Positions 24,301 to 33,159 of a stretch of 64,000 nt of DNA are shown here, in pieces. Under the pieces are notes generated by a model. That model saw only the letters and a program-made list of their open reading frames with translations, was not told the origin of the DNA and made no database searches. Every line of letters starts with the position of its first letter. Positions within the stretch are counted from its first letter, which is position 1. A program made the position numbers and the translations under genes. The stretch lies in assembly GCA_963752155.1 (NCBI GenBank), contig CAVVXH010000010.1:288001-352000 (forward strand). Direction: 5' to 3'. Origin of the DNA: an uncultured Parachlamydiaceae bacterium (lineage in GTDB: Bacteria; Chlamydiota; Chlamydiia; Chlamydiales; Parachlamydiaceae).

Positions 24301-26889
24301 CAAAACAGTTTGGGGCAAACGGTTCTGAAGAAGACCCTTGTGAATCCAATTGGCGTCCAAACAGAAGTTGAATTTGACGCTCTGAGTCGAGTGTATTCCA
24401 TTATTAAAAAAGATCCTTTTGGTGTTCTTCTTTCATCTCAAAAGATACTTTATGACTCACTTGGTAATAAAAGTTGTGAAATACACGATCAGATTGTGGA
24501 AGGAAAAATTCTTGGATCTCAAAAGACGCAATGGAATTATGGACCAATGGGGCGTGTAGAAGAAGAGGTGGAGGCGGCAGATTCCTCACTAGAAAAAAGA
24601 ATTAAATATAACTATAATTCTATAGGGAAAATGACTAGCAAAGTCGTTTCTGGTACGACAACGCCTATTAATTACACCTATTCCAGAACAGGAAAACTTC
24701 AAAAAATTGAGGCACTAGATTGTAAAAAAGAATTACAAATTTCAAATACATATTATTACGACTATAAGGGAAACATCCTATCAGCATGCACTCTTAATGG
24801 AACATCAGTTCAGAGAAACTATAATATCTATGATCAAGTTACCAAAGAAACTATTCAAGATAGAGAAGGAATGTATACCCTACGATATGCTTATGACAAA
24901 AAAGGGCGGTTAAAAGAAGTTATTTTACCAGATAATTCTAAAATTGTTTATTCATATGATGCTGTCTTTGGTCGCGAAGTCAAACGCATTTCTTCGAAAG
25001 GAGAAGTTCTCTATACGCATACTTATGATCATTATGACAATCAAGGTAGATTACAAAATGAAACCTGTATTGGTTATACAGGCTCTAAAGAACACACTTA
25101 TGATTTGAATGGCCGGAAAATTTTGAGCAAAAATAATTATTTTAGTGAAGAATATGTTCGGGATTCATTAGGACGCTTGTTAGAGATTAAAGGAGAAAAA
25201 CATGAAGAATTTACTTATAACTTTCTTTCTCAGCTCATCTCAGAAAAGAAAGGCAACACAAATAGCCATTTTTATGATTCTTTAGACAATCGAATTAAAT
25301 CCGGTAATGATGAACTTTTTTATAACACTCTTAATCAACTGACTTCATCTTCAAATGTCGAATTTTCGTATGATCCTTATGGAAATCTTTTAAGAAAAGT
25401 TTTAAATGGTGAAGAAATGCGATTTGAAAGCGATGTTCTGTCTCAACTCATTTCCATAGAAAAAGCTGATAAAACAACTCTTACTTTTTCTTATGACGCA
25501 TTTGGGAGAGTATTAGTTGAAAAACAAATTGATATCAAAGAAAAAAATAAGAAAATTCTTTCGACATTTCGGTATTTCTACATAGGTTATCAGGAAATTG
25601 GTACGTTAACTGAAAAGGGAAATATTGAAACACTCAAAGTTCCAGGTTTGGATGGAGATGAGCTGGCTATGACAAGTATTGCCTTTGAAATCAAAGGTGA
25701 AACTTTTTTACCTCTTCATGACATTGTGGGAAACGTTGTCAGTATAATTGAACCGCAAAGTTGCCAACTTGTTGAAAGTTATCAGTATACTGCTTTTGGA
25801 GAAGAGCTTATAATCAACCCTTATGGTGAGGTAGAAAAATTTTCCTTAATAAGTAATCCTTGGAGATTTTCTGAGAAGCGAATCAATCAGAAATCAGGTC
25901 TTATTTTATTTGGATTGCGTTTCTATGATCCAATTATTGGAAGATGGATTAGTCAGGATCCAGCAGGTTTTATCGATGGACCTAATTCCTATGCTTTTCT
26001 ACACAACAATCCTTTAAATCATGTGGATCGTTTCGGTCTTGCAACTGAGAGTTTTCAAGGTAAATTTATAGGATATTTCTTTGGTGAAGTAGAGTCGCAT
26101 TGTTACTGTGAACGGCATCGAACATGCAAGCGTGGTGGCGATATTGGAAAAACAGCGAGTTCGACTCTCCCCAGAGTTCGACAAGATTATTATTACGAAA
26201 AATTTTATAAGGATTATCGTAGTGAAAACTTATTTATCAAAGATTGCTATGATGATTCAATTTCCTTTGACCTTAGTGAAAATGGTGTACCTAACTTATC
26301 AAATAATTTAGGTATAGGCTTTATCAATGGAACTTTGAATAATTCTAAAAATTTTAAAGAAAGTGCAAATTATATTTCTAGATTAGCTGGTGGATACAAC
26401 GTTCATGGAGTTTATAATGCTACACATGGGGAGGTTGATCTTTTAGAATGCTTTATGGGCCTTAACTATATTGCCACAGAACCTGTTAGACAGCTCCATA
26501 AAATGTGGAATAGTTTTTTTGAGAAAAGTTCTGCAAATGTTAAATTTTTGATGATCTGCCATAGTCAAGGTGCTATTCATACACGAAATGCTCTTCTAGA
26601 TTATTCTCCAGAATTACGTCAACGGATCTTGGTAGTTGTTATTGCTCCGGGGGGGTATATCTATAAAGAAACATGTGCTAAAGTCATTCATTATCGTACA
26701 GAATGGTGGAGAGATTTGGTGCCTAGGTTAGATTGGAGAGGTGCTAGTCGGGAAAAAGATACAATTGTCAATCTTAGTTCCCATTCAGATGCAATAGCAT
26801 GGGATCATGAATTTATGAGTCCTTCTTATCAAGAAATTCTCTTACATCATATAGAAAAGTATATTGAATCTCAAGGTACAATTTTATGA
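21346..26889 (+). CDS. RHS/YD-repeat protein with signal peptide and C-terminal alpha/beta-hydrolase-like domain
   Basis: Many YD repeats; core end RFYDPIIGRWISQDPAG...NPLNHVDRFGL; tip with CHSQGA. Confidence 0.9.
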   Translation: MIIFSRWLLTIFILCLYLPTLSAGQLQFVATESDPDAFIQNSVNVINGDYCESDTDLVITGPDALVLQRFYSTKDVITGAQTGGWRIFPQRFLIIGKDLSGKTCSVREDRFEWTVAFTGERSGGIFPYSGWRNTNGSTKDPLKIDVLNNAVGLVNTYAQEINGQTNHQNNFLHCKGNACELILGDGTKRIYQKVKQSPMLILGEELTPLIANQMIEPESFLLSQEILPSGNQLFYSYDTAGHLTRIEMKNKSSTKIFSWIHFSYEFQKNSCQVHIEASDARELNYRFVLVNDFYKLIQIEGSHCLPTTYEYNEVLVKKTLPEGRFIEIDYQDGKVKFLKGPNAQTGKSEIVHSFAYEIGYTDVFNALGIKTRYIYDKRSQLISLERYDNQNKIYRIERKFWGNTRLNVGFLLAKTIVDGNGRVQSYRSFQYDKLGNVIEERIYGNLTGKQEVSLQISPEGNLLNSDEEECNIKNYGFSTDGLNLLTKMGDCKGNQTLYYYKSGTNLLIKKLIFEKGSIKKRTFQSHNEDGVCIKIIEDDGSKEEESLFYDGLIKERHIKEIKPKENLPGVGLPEIIEEKAFDFIRKQEVLINKLVNVYDNQSNLLSCSTYDADGQYAFTEKKTYNSIGQVISQVDAVGRESNFSYDEIGNRIFASISQDGRCNTTTFNFHNQPIEIIEVNAEGQFTISNDYDSFGRKISSTDRYGNSTGYEYDEFNRLIKVIHSEVLDENNQIVHPTFSYTYDIFGNVLTTEDPKGDIITKSYNLRGNPTRINYPDGSFELFKYDTEGSLHRSITREQIITVYEYDYLGRSIYEELSTVDEKNVSSYLAKRSRYYNGFRCTYEKEDEHVKLYTFDLAGRLASLAEYTNGPYDPESRRTEIFYDRFGRLHQKKVFFDSGSQEYALECFEYDLAGNVIEKRIEDAQGIVLLKKCFSYNSQNLCMEEYSLQNGVKTSLLKTFYNSEGEPIGYLDGSEQETKIIIDNSFQNSLGQTVLKKTLVNPIGVQTEVEFDALSRVYSIIKKDPFGVLLSSQKILYDSLGNKSCEIHDQIVEGKILGSQKTQWNYGPMGRVEEEVEAADSSLEKRIKYNYNSIGKMTSKVVSGTTTPINYTYSRTGKLQKIEALDCKKELQISNTYYYDYKGNILSACTLNGTSVQRNYNIYDQVTKETIQDREGMYTLRYAYDKKGRLKEVILPDNSKIVYSYDAVFGREVKRISSKGEVLYTHTYDHYDNQGRLQNETCIGYTGSKEHTYDLNGRKILSKNNYFSEEYVRDSLGRLLEIKGEKHEEFTYNFLSQLISEKKGNTNSHFYDSLDNRIKSGNDELFYNTLNQLTSSSNVEFSYDPYGNLLRKVLNGEEMRFESDVLSQLISIEKADKTTLTFSYDAFGRVLVEKQIDIKEKNKKILSTFRYFYIGYQEIGTLTEKGNIETLKVPGLDGDELAMTSIAFEIKGETFLPLHDIVGNVVSIIEPQSCQLVESYQYTAFGEELIINPYGEVEKFSLISNPWRFSEKRINQKSGLILFGLRFYDPIIGRWISQDPAGFIDGPNSYAFLHNNPLNHVDRFGLATESFQGKFIGYFFGEVESHCYCERHRTCKRGGDIGKTASSTLPRVRQDYYYEKFYKDYRSENLFIKDCYDDSISFDLSENGVPNLSNNLGIGFINGTLNNSKNFKESANYISRLAGGYNVHGVYNATHGEVDLLECFMGLNYIATEPVRQLHKMWNSFFEKSSANVKFLMICHSQGAIHTRNALLDYSPELRQRILVVVIAPGGYIYKETCAKVIHYRTEWWRDLVPRLDWRGASREKDTIVNLSSHSDAIAWDHEFMSPSYQEILLHHIEKYIESQGTIL

Positions 26890-27428
26890 AATCAATGTTT
26901 TTAGCTTTAATCGTAGTTTTATTAATTATCACAGGTTTTAATTTGATAATTAGAAGGTATGAATATCCCCTATCTAAAGGGGAAGAGCTTGTAAATATTT
27001 TATTAGCAAAGGGTGCAATGACTATTAAAAATAAATATAATATGAAACCCTGTGGGTCGGGAGTCGCTATGCCAGGAGGACCTATACAGGAAGTTACTTT
27101 ATGTTTTGAAACAAAACATACCTATACTAAAGAGCAGTTGAGGGATTTGTTAATAAAATTTTCCGGAGAGTTTTTACGCCTAGTGATCGAAAACAAAGAG
27201 ATTCAAGAATTCCTCAAAGAAAAACCCTTTATTATAAAAAACATTGAAATTATAATTTATAATCATGATGAAAATGGTTTCAGTTTGAAAGATCCCCAAA
27301 TTTCAGTAGCGAATATTTCTCAAGGTAGGTTGTATTACAAAACTGTCGATCCAGAAGATAGTTTTAAATATAAAAATAAATATCAAGAAAGTTACGAGGA
27401 AGCTTTAAAAATTCTTTCAGTTCCTTGA
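26886..27428 (+). CDS. Putative immunity protein of the RHS toxin (N-terminal TM/signal)
   Basis: 4-nt overlap with the RHS stop, small, hydrophobic N-terminus. Confidence 0.55.
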   Translation: MKSMFLALIVVLLIITGFNLIIRRYEYPLSKGEELVNILLAKGAMTIKNKYNMKPCGSGVAMPGGPIQEVTLCFETKHTYTKEQLRDLLIKFSGEFLRLVIENKEIQEFLKEKPFIIKNIEIIIYNHDENGFSLKDPQISVANISQGRLYYKTVDPEDSFKYKNKYQESYEEALKILSVP

Positions 27429-27495
27429 TTTAAAAACAAAATGCTTTTGCATCGGATCATGGATTTATGAATCCTTCTTATAGAATTCTAGTTAC

Positions 27496-27915
27496 TTAGA
27501 TAGCTTTTAGGTGTTCTAATCCTTTATCGATTAGAGTATCCAAAGTTTTGCTGATCGATTTGTGCATTCGTTGTGCTGTTTTAGCAATTAGAAAATGTCG
27601 TTCACTATCTGTTCGATATAAGATTTTTCCTTTAAAGTGCTCTCGATCAACTGGTTCAGGAACAGATTCACCTTTCTCTTGATAAACCTCTATTGCGCAA
27701 GCAATAAGCTTCTTTATTTCATTCATACCTTCGTCTAAACTCTCTGAGTCTGTACAGATACCAGGCAATTCATTTACACGAATAATGTAATAATTCGAAC
27801 CTTCATGGGTTTCTGTTTCAATGGTGTAAGTCCAAGGAAGATTTAAGTAATAGCTTAAATCTTTATTATCCTTCGTTTTTTTCATCTTGCTCATAAGTTT
27901 TTCGAATTTACTCAT
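27496..27915 (-). CDS. hicB: Orphan HicB-family antitoxin
   Basis: YYLNLPW...ELPGICTDSES.DE fold and C-terminal FKGKILYR...H RHH-like part. Confidence 0.8.
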   Translation of the reverse strand: MSKFEKLMSKMKKTKDNKDLSYYLNLPWTYTIETETHEGSNYYIIRVNELPGICTDSESLDEGMNEIKKLIACAIEVYQEKGESVPEPVDREHFKGKILYRTDSERHFLIAKTAQRMHKSISKTLDTLIDKGLEHLKAI

Positions 27916-27921
27916 ACTTTT

Positions 27922-27951
27922 ATGATAGCGAAATCGATATCGAATTGTCAA
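27922..27951 (-). promoter_or_regulatory. Promoter with overlapping palindromic operator, probably leaderless transcript
   Basis: TTGACA-18-TATCAT, 6 nt before the ATG; GATATCGA-TT-TCGCTATC inverted repeat overlaps it. Confidence 0.6.
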
Positions 27952-27956
27952 ACTCT

Positions 27957-30900
27957 TTAATTTTTCTTAGAATTCTTAGCCATCTTGTCTTTAATTTCAC
28001 GCCACTTGGTCACAATCTGTGCCGCCATCGGAGCTCCCTCTTTACCAAAACCTCCGTACCGAAGGTAGACGATGACGACAACTTCCGGAAAACCAAATTT
28101 ATCTTTTGCCATAAACAACCCATCTTCATTTTGATTATAGGCAATACCTCCAAACCATACATGATTATACATCTTAACACCCTCTTTAAGGTCTATGTCC
28201 ATTCGCTCGATCGATTCGGCTGTACTTGTTTTGCCCAATAACTGATCTTTTAAATCGATATAATCGCTGATTGCTTCAGGATAGGGGCGATAAAGTCGAG
28301 ATAATGCCGCAAGACTTTCAAGCTGAGAACGCAAGACTACTTTATGCATTCCATCGAGCAAGATGTTACGGACTTCCGGAGGCATAGGGATAGAGCGCAT
28401 TTGAATAGTTGGCGTCTTGGATAAGCTCGATGTCCCATTCATAATTGCTTTTATCAGTTTAGGTTGTAAGACTTTGCCTCCATTGGCGATAGCACCCAAC
28501 GCGACACTTGTTTGTAAAGGCGTGACCACAAGAGAATGTTGACCGATAGCCATGGCATAGAGGCCTGTACGGTTAGTTTCAAGATCTGTGGGGACTTTTC
28601 CGGCAATTTCCCCAGGTAAATCAATTCCGGTGCGTTCTCCATAGCCAAAGAGGCGTGCCGCTTCAGCTAGATCATTGGGGGAATTTAAAACATCACCCGC
28701 AAGCAGGGCAAAATAAGGATTACTGGAAGTTTCGATAGCTTCTAGAATCCCCATTCTTCCTAAGTGGGAACCCACGCTCCGAGGAATCCTTCCTCCTTTA
28801 TAAAAACGAGGAATCGGTTTACCGTCGACGCTGTAGCCCACGTAGGTTTCTTTGCCAATATTAAATGTCGTATCGGTGATTTCAAGTGGATTCAATTTAG
28901 ACCGAGAAATATTTTCGCTTAAATTCTTGTATCTCTGCATCAAAGCTTCATAGGCGGTAATTAATTTAAAAATTGAGCCTTGTGAAGTGGATTGGCGATA
29001 GGCTTGTGAGCGACCATACCCGTAACCATAACGAGGATAGAAGGCCATCGCTAAATCTTTTTCAGTCTGAGTCGATCCGGATTTTCTTAACTGAGGATAT
29101 TTTCCGTTTAAAGGCCTTGTCAAGTTTTGGAAAGATCGAAATGTTTGCAAATAGGGGATGCAATCTATGGCTGGAAGAGTTTTAAGGAAGTCTCTAAGTT
29201 GTAAATAGGAAGCGTACCAATCTGATTCTTTATGAGCCCCAAGGCTCATTTCGTCGTGCCAACTTTTAAAATATTGAAGGTATGAGTTTAGCTTTTCATT
29301 TTCTTCTAGAGGGTGTTCGGAAGAAATTTTGCCGCATAAAAACATCTCGAGAAATTGCCATTTATTTTGCTCCCAGAATGCAGCTAAAAGTGCTTGTTCT
29401 TTTGCATCCAGCAGATCAATATATGGTTTTGCATAACGCTTCTGAGCTTTTTCTTCGGCTCGCTTTTCGAATAAAAAGATTTTTTCATTCTGTTGCCGCC
29501 AAGGGATGAAATGAATGTCATGATAAAGGTCTTTTGTCATCAAATGCACGGCTTCATTAAGCTTTCCAAAGTCAGCAGAAAAATTGCGATGAGTTCCTAA
29601 TTTTTGCTGTCCTATGGGTCCACAACATAAAGAAGAGGGAAAACGATTTTCATCGATGACAAGCCTGCAAAGGTCGATGCATAGGTTTTTATCTTCTTGG
29701 GAAAGAGCTTCCAGGGGAATTCGACCTGTAGAGATTAGGTCAATGGCTTGGCTAATTTTTAAATCATTTAATAAAGATATAAGTGGACTATTTGTAGTAA
29801 GAATAATTTGTAAAAAATTTTCCCAAGTAAGAACTTTTGATTCTTCTGAAATGCAACGATTTCGCAGATCATAAATCTCTCTTTTTAGAGGAGCTTTTTG
29901 ATCCCAAATTTCAGCAAGATGAGATTCGCTTTCAAGCCAACGTATTAGGTTTGAGCGTTTTTTTTGACTGATTTCAGAATTGCCTGTTAAGATAAAATCA
30001 TTAGGATCATAGCGTGGATGAGAAGCTAGGGCTAAGATTTCTCCTGTATGGGGTTCAAGGACAATGACAGCGCCACCTTTAATCCAAGGCTTTTTAGTTG
30101 CCATCGTTCGTTTACGAGATGCGTCCAAATGGGTCATACGGGTATCCCGTAAGGATTCATTTTGAATGAGAAGCTTTTCGGCGTATTCTTGGAGTTCTGC
30201 AGAAATGGTAAGGAAGAGACGTTTTCCAGAAAGCGGGGAGTAAGTACCGGGAAGCTCTTGAAGAAGATTGCCCCGTGCATCTGAACGGTAGTTCTTTTTG
30301 CCGCTAAGTCCCCGAAGATCTCTTTCAAAGCGACCTTCAATTCCAGCTTTGCCTACTCGATCACTGAGAGTGTACCTTTTTGCTTTCAGTTCTTTTAGAC
30401 GCGTGCGTATCTGTTGTTCATCTCGAAATCCATCTGGAAGAGGAAGATCTTCATCGATTTCAATTGCAGTAAGATAGGTCTTTAACGCACCGATTTCTTC
30501 CATGATTTTTTCATATTCGGAATGATTGATGGCTCCAAGATAGCCGATGATATCTCCCGCTACTTTGCCTAAGGGATAATGACGGCGAGGCACTTTTTCT
30601 GTGCAAATTCCAGGCCACTCTTTTTCTAGAGCCCGCAAAGAGTAGTATTCTTTTTCGCTGATGTCTTCCTTGATCACTAGGGGAATTTGATTGTAAAGGG
30701 CTCCTTTGGAATGAATAAGGTCTTCAATACGTTCAGCATCAAGGTTTAACTTATCGGCCAATAATTTAGCAAGCTTGGTAATGTATTCTCTTCTAGGATA
30801 TGTTTTTATTTTTTTGCCATCTTTTTGCGTTTCCCAACGCAGAGAGGAGATTTGCCTCAGTGGAGAATAAAGGAAGGATGCATTGTATTGCATTTGATTA

Positions 30901-31130
30901 ATGGCAAGGGGGATGTTATAACGATCGCGAATAGTACCCCGTTTGGCTGCTTCGATAATTGTCCGACGTTGAGGTTTTAAGGCATTTTGCTGGATTTCTT
31001 CATGCTGGATGATGGTTAGATGCCAAATGCGCAGGATGATGAGTAAGAAGGCTAATAAAATAAGATTGAGAATTCTATTTGTTTTTGCCGGAATATCTTG
31101 TTCTGGTTTTTTGCGTCGTTTTTGGTTCAT
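27957..31130 (-). CDS. mrdA: Penicillin-binding protein 2, chlamydial large form
   Basis: N-terminal TM, RGTIRDR, RHYPLG, SIFK (SxxK), SSN (SxN), GKTSTA; long insertion. Confidence 0.9.
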   Translation of the reverse strand: MNQKRRKKPEQDIPAKTNRILNLILLAFLLIILRIWHLTIIQHEEIQQNALKPQRRTIIEAAKRGTIRDRYNIPLAINQMQYNASFLYSPLRQISSLRWETQKDGKKIKTYPRREYITKLAKLLADKLNLDAERIEDLIHSKGALYNQIPLVIKEDISEKEYYSLRALEKEWPGICTEKVPRRHYPLGKVAGDIIGYLGAINHSEYEKIMEEIGALKTYLTAIEIDEDLPLPDGFRDEQQIRTRLKELKAKRYTLSDRVGKAGIEGRFERDLRGLSGKKNYRSDARGNLLQELPGTYSPLSGKRLFLTISAELQEYAEKLLIQNESLRDTRMTHLDASRKRTMATKKPWIKGGAVIVLEPHTGEILALASHPRYDPNDFILTGNSEISQKKRSNLIRWLESESHLAEIWDQKAPLKREIYDLRNRCISEESKVLTWENFLQIILTTNSPLISLLNDLKISQAIDLISTGRIPLEALSQEDKNLCIDLCRLVIDENRFPSSLCCGPIGQQKLGTHRNFSADFGKLNEAVHLMTKDLYHDIHFIPWRQQNEKIFLFEKRAEEKAQKRYAKPYIDLLDAKEQALLAAFWEQNKWQFLEMFLCGKISSEHPLEENEKLNSYLQYFKSWHDEMSLGAHKESDWYASYLQLRDFLKTLPAIDCIPYLQTFRSFQNLTRPLNGKYPQLRKSGSTQTEKDLAMAFYPRYGYGYGRSQAYRQSTSQGSIFKLITAYEALMQRYKNLSENISRSKLNPLEITDTTFNIGKETYVGYSVDGKPIPRFYKGGRIPRSVGSHLGRMGILEAIETSSNPYFALLAGDVLNSPNDLAEAARLFGYGERTGIDLPGEIAGKVPTDLETNRTGLYAMAIGQHSLVVTPLQTSVALGAIANGGKVLQPKLIKAIMNGTSSLSKTPTIQMRSIPMPPEVRNILLDGMHKVVLRSQLESLAALSRLYRPYPEAISDYIDLKDQLLGKTSTAESIERMDIDLKEGVKMYNHVWFGGIAYNQNEDGLFMAKDKFGFPEVVVIVYLRYGGFGKEGAPMAAQIVTKWREIKDKMAKNSKKN

Positions 31131-31146
31131 GTTTACGATTTTGGGC

Positions 31147-31325
31147 TCCTAAATAACAAAATCGACTAATGCTGAATATTAAGAAAAATTAAACGCAAAG
31201 GCACGAAGGCGCAAAGAGATCTTACGCGAAGAATCTTCAATTTAAAGAAAGATATTTTACTTTACATGTAAGATCTCTTTGTGCCCTTTGCGCCTTCGTG
31301 TCTTTTGCGTTTAATTTTTACTATA
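31147..31325. mobile_element. Palindromic element, AATTAAACGCAAAG family
   Basis: Terminal AAAATTAAACGCAAAG/TTTGCGTTTAATTTT with internal AAAGAGATCTTAC/GTAAGATCTCTTT; preceded by CTCCTAAATAACAA. Confidence 0.8.
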
Positions 31326-31370
31326 CATTGTACTCTAATAGCGCAGCATCTTTCAATAGGGGCGTCACAG

Positions 31371-32250
31371 CTAAAAAACGAGAGTTTTGTTTAACTTTCT
31401 TTCTAAAACTTTCAATGGATTTGTGGAATTATCCTGAATAGCTTCTAGTGGCAAATGAAATGTTTGTTCTAAAACATGTTGACCTTCTAGGGCAGCGTGG
31501 GAGACGAGATCCGTGTAGACACCCCAAGTACTTCCCGGGGGAAACTTGACCACGCATTGAGGGACTGTTTTTTGATAGTGGTTATCGCCTTTCATCGTAT
31601 CGTGAATTTTAAGCATGTAATGGTCGTAAGGAGTTCTATAATCTTTTGTGATCCTTAATAATTTATAGAGTGATGCCATTCCCCAAATCGGTGCACGGAC
31701 TCGTGGAAATCATTTTTTCAACCACGTCTTCAAAGGGTTCACCTAGGCGCCAAACGCGAGGTTTTCCTTCATGATTGATATTGGTAAAAATACGTAAAAT
31801 GCGTTGTCCTCTAGTAGGACTTGAAGGAAAGGAATCGACATGAAGCCGAGAGTCATCTTTTCGATAAGAGCTCTTTCTTCCATTGATTTCAACTGGTCGG
31901 AAACTTGTTTTGGCCTGGTCTAAATAAGGGGTATAGCTTGGAATCAGATTTTCTAAAAATTGACGAGTTGTGATGGCGTAACGTTTGATCATTGCTTTCA
32001 ATTCGTCGGAATCATTTTCTGGGCATAAGGTTCCAGCTAGTCGATCTTTGCGTAAATCATAGCTGACATTTTTGGATTTTGGATCGGAAATATAGGGAGA
32101 GAGAAAACGATGCTCACTTTCATTGAGAGTGAAGGATAAAGAAGGAAAGTAAAGGACTTTGCCATTTTCTAAGCATTGTATCGCATGCTTTTGTATATTT
32201 TCGTGAATTGGCTGATCCCATGCATTGAGGTCAATTTGTTCTAAAGGCAT
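31371..32250 (-). CDS. kdoO: Kdo hydroxylase (KdoO-like Fe(II)/2-oxoglutarate dioxygenase), +1 frameshift near 31708
   Basis: LENGKVLYFP, TSFRP, RKDDSRLHVDSFPS.PT.G.RILR.FTNIN, YDHYML.IHD.MK.D, FPPGSTW..YTD.VSHAA..GQ..LEQTF. Confidence 0.8.
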
Positions 32251-32421
32251 AGCATAATCCTTTGATTTAATCTTTCATTCTAATACACTTTTTAGAGGCT
32301 AAAGAGATCACAAAGCTTTTTAAATCCATAAACCCTTCATCTGCAATCGATGAGCAAAAGTTACCACATTTCGGTAATTTATGCAATTACATTGCAATAT
32401 CAAAAAGCCCAGCATTGGAAT

Positions 32422-32508
32422 TGGAAGAGGTAGGATTTGAACCCACGGTACCATTGCTGGTACTTCTGTTTTCGAAACAGACGCATTCGGCCACTCTGCC
32501 ACTCTTCC
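32422..32508 (-). tRNA. tRNA-Ser (CGA)
   Basis: GGAAGAG/CTCTTCC acceptor, TCTGT-TTCGAAA-ACAGA anticodon arm, long variable arm GTACCA/TGGTAC, GGTTCAAATCC. Confidence 0.93.
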
Positions 32509-32631
32509 GGAAAAAATCTAGCTTGCAGTAAAAAGGGATAAAATGAAAGAAAAAAATCAACTTAGTTGGTCTCCGCACAAGCCTTTCATTTTGAATGTAC
32601 AGCACAACTCAATTTTTCAACCTCTATTCCC

Positions 32632-32660
32632 TTGCTAAAAAAGGACAATATTGCTACAAT
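32632..32660 (+). promoter_or_regulatory. Possible sigma70-type promoter of rpsU-dnaJ
   Basis: TTGCTA-17-TACAAT with TG preceding the -10. Confidence 0.5.
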
Positions 32661-32753
32661 GAAAGCAGTAAGCAAGATAAATCCACATGATGTTAGTGGA
32701 TAATTAACTTGATCTCATCTATGTTAGGCGAGGTCGACAACTAGGAAAATTCG

Positions 32754-32933
32754 ATGACTTTAGTGAAAGTTCGTATTGGCGATTCAATAGACAAAGCTCT
32801 TCGTGCTTTGAAAAAACGCTTGGATAAAGAAGGTGTAATGAAATCTGTGAAGGCTCATCGCTTTTACGTAAAACCTTCTGTTAAAAAGCGTGCAAAAGCT
32901 AAAGCCGCTTTGAAATATAAGCGCGTACGCTAA
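32754..32933 (+). CDS. rpsU: 30S ribosomal protein S21 (not in the ORF track, 59 aa)
   Basis: [48 protein letters not shown]... Confidence 0.95.
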   Translation: MTLVKVRIGDSIDKALRALKKRLDKEGVMKSVKAHRFYVKPSVKKRAKAKAALKYKRVR

Positions 32934-33159
32934 ATTTTTTCTTCCTTTTCAACTTTTTGGAAAGGGTGTAATATGTATATGTTGAGGTTTTTTACAGGCT
33001 ATAGTTTTCAACGTAAATGTTTGCCTTTGAATAGGCGACATTTACTTCAAAAACTTTTATCTTGAAAAAAACTCAATATGCCCCTTAGGGGCTGTGCTAT
33101 AATAACTTTATTGCATAGCTCCTTAATATCCTAACTGCATAACCCCCCTTTATGAAACC

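Noticed and set aside
27916..27951. TTG start for hicB given by the ORF track
   Set aside because: The TTG is part of the TTGACA -35 box.
32934..33159. CIRCE operator before dnaJ
   Set aside because: No TTAGCACTC-N9-GAGTGCTAA match seen.
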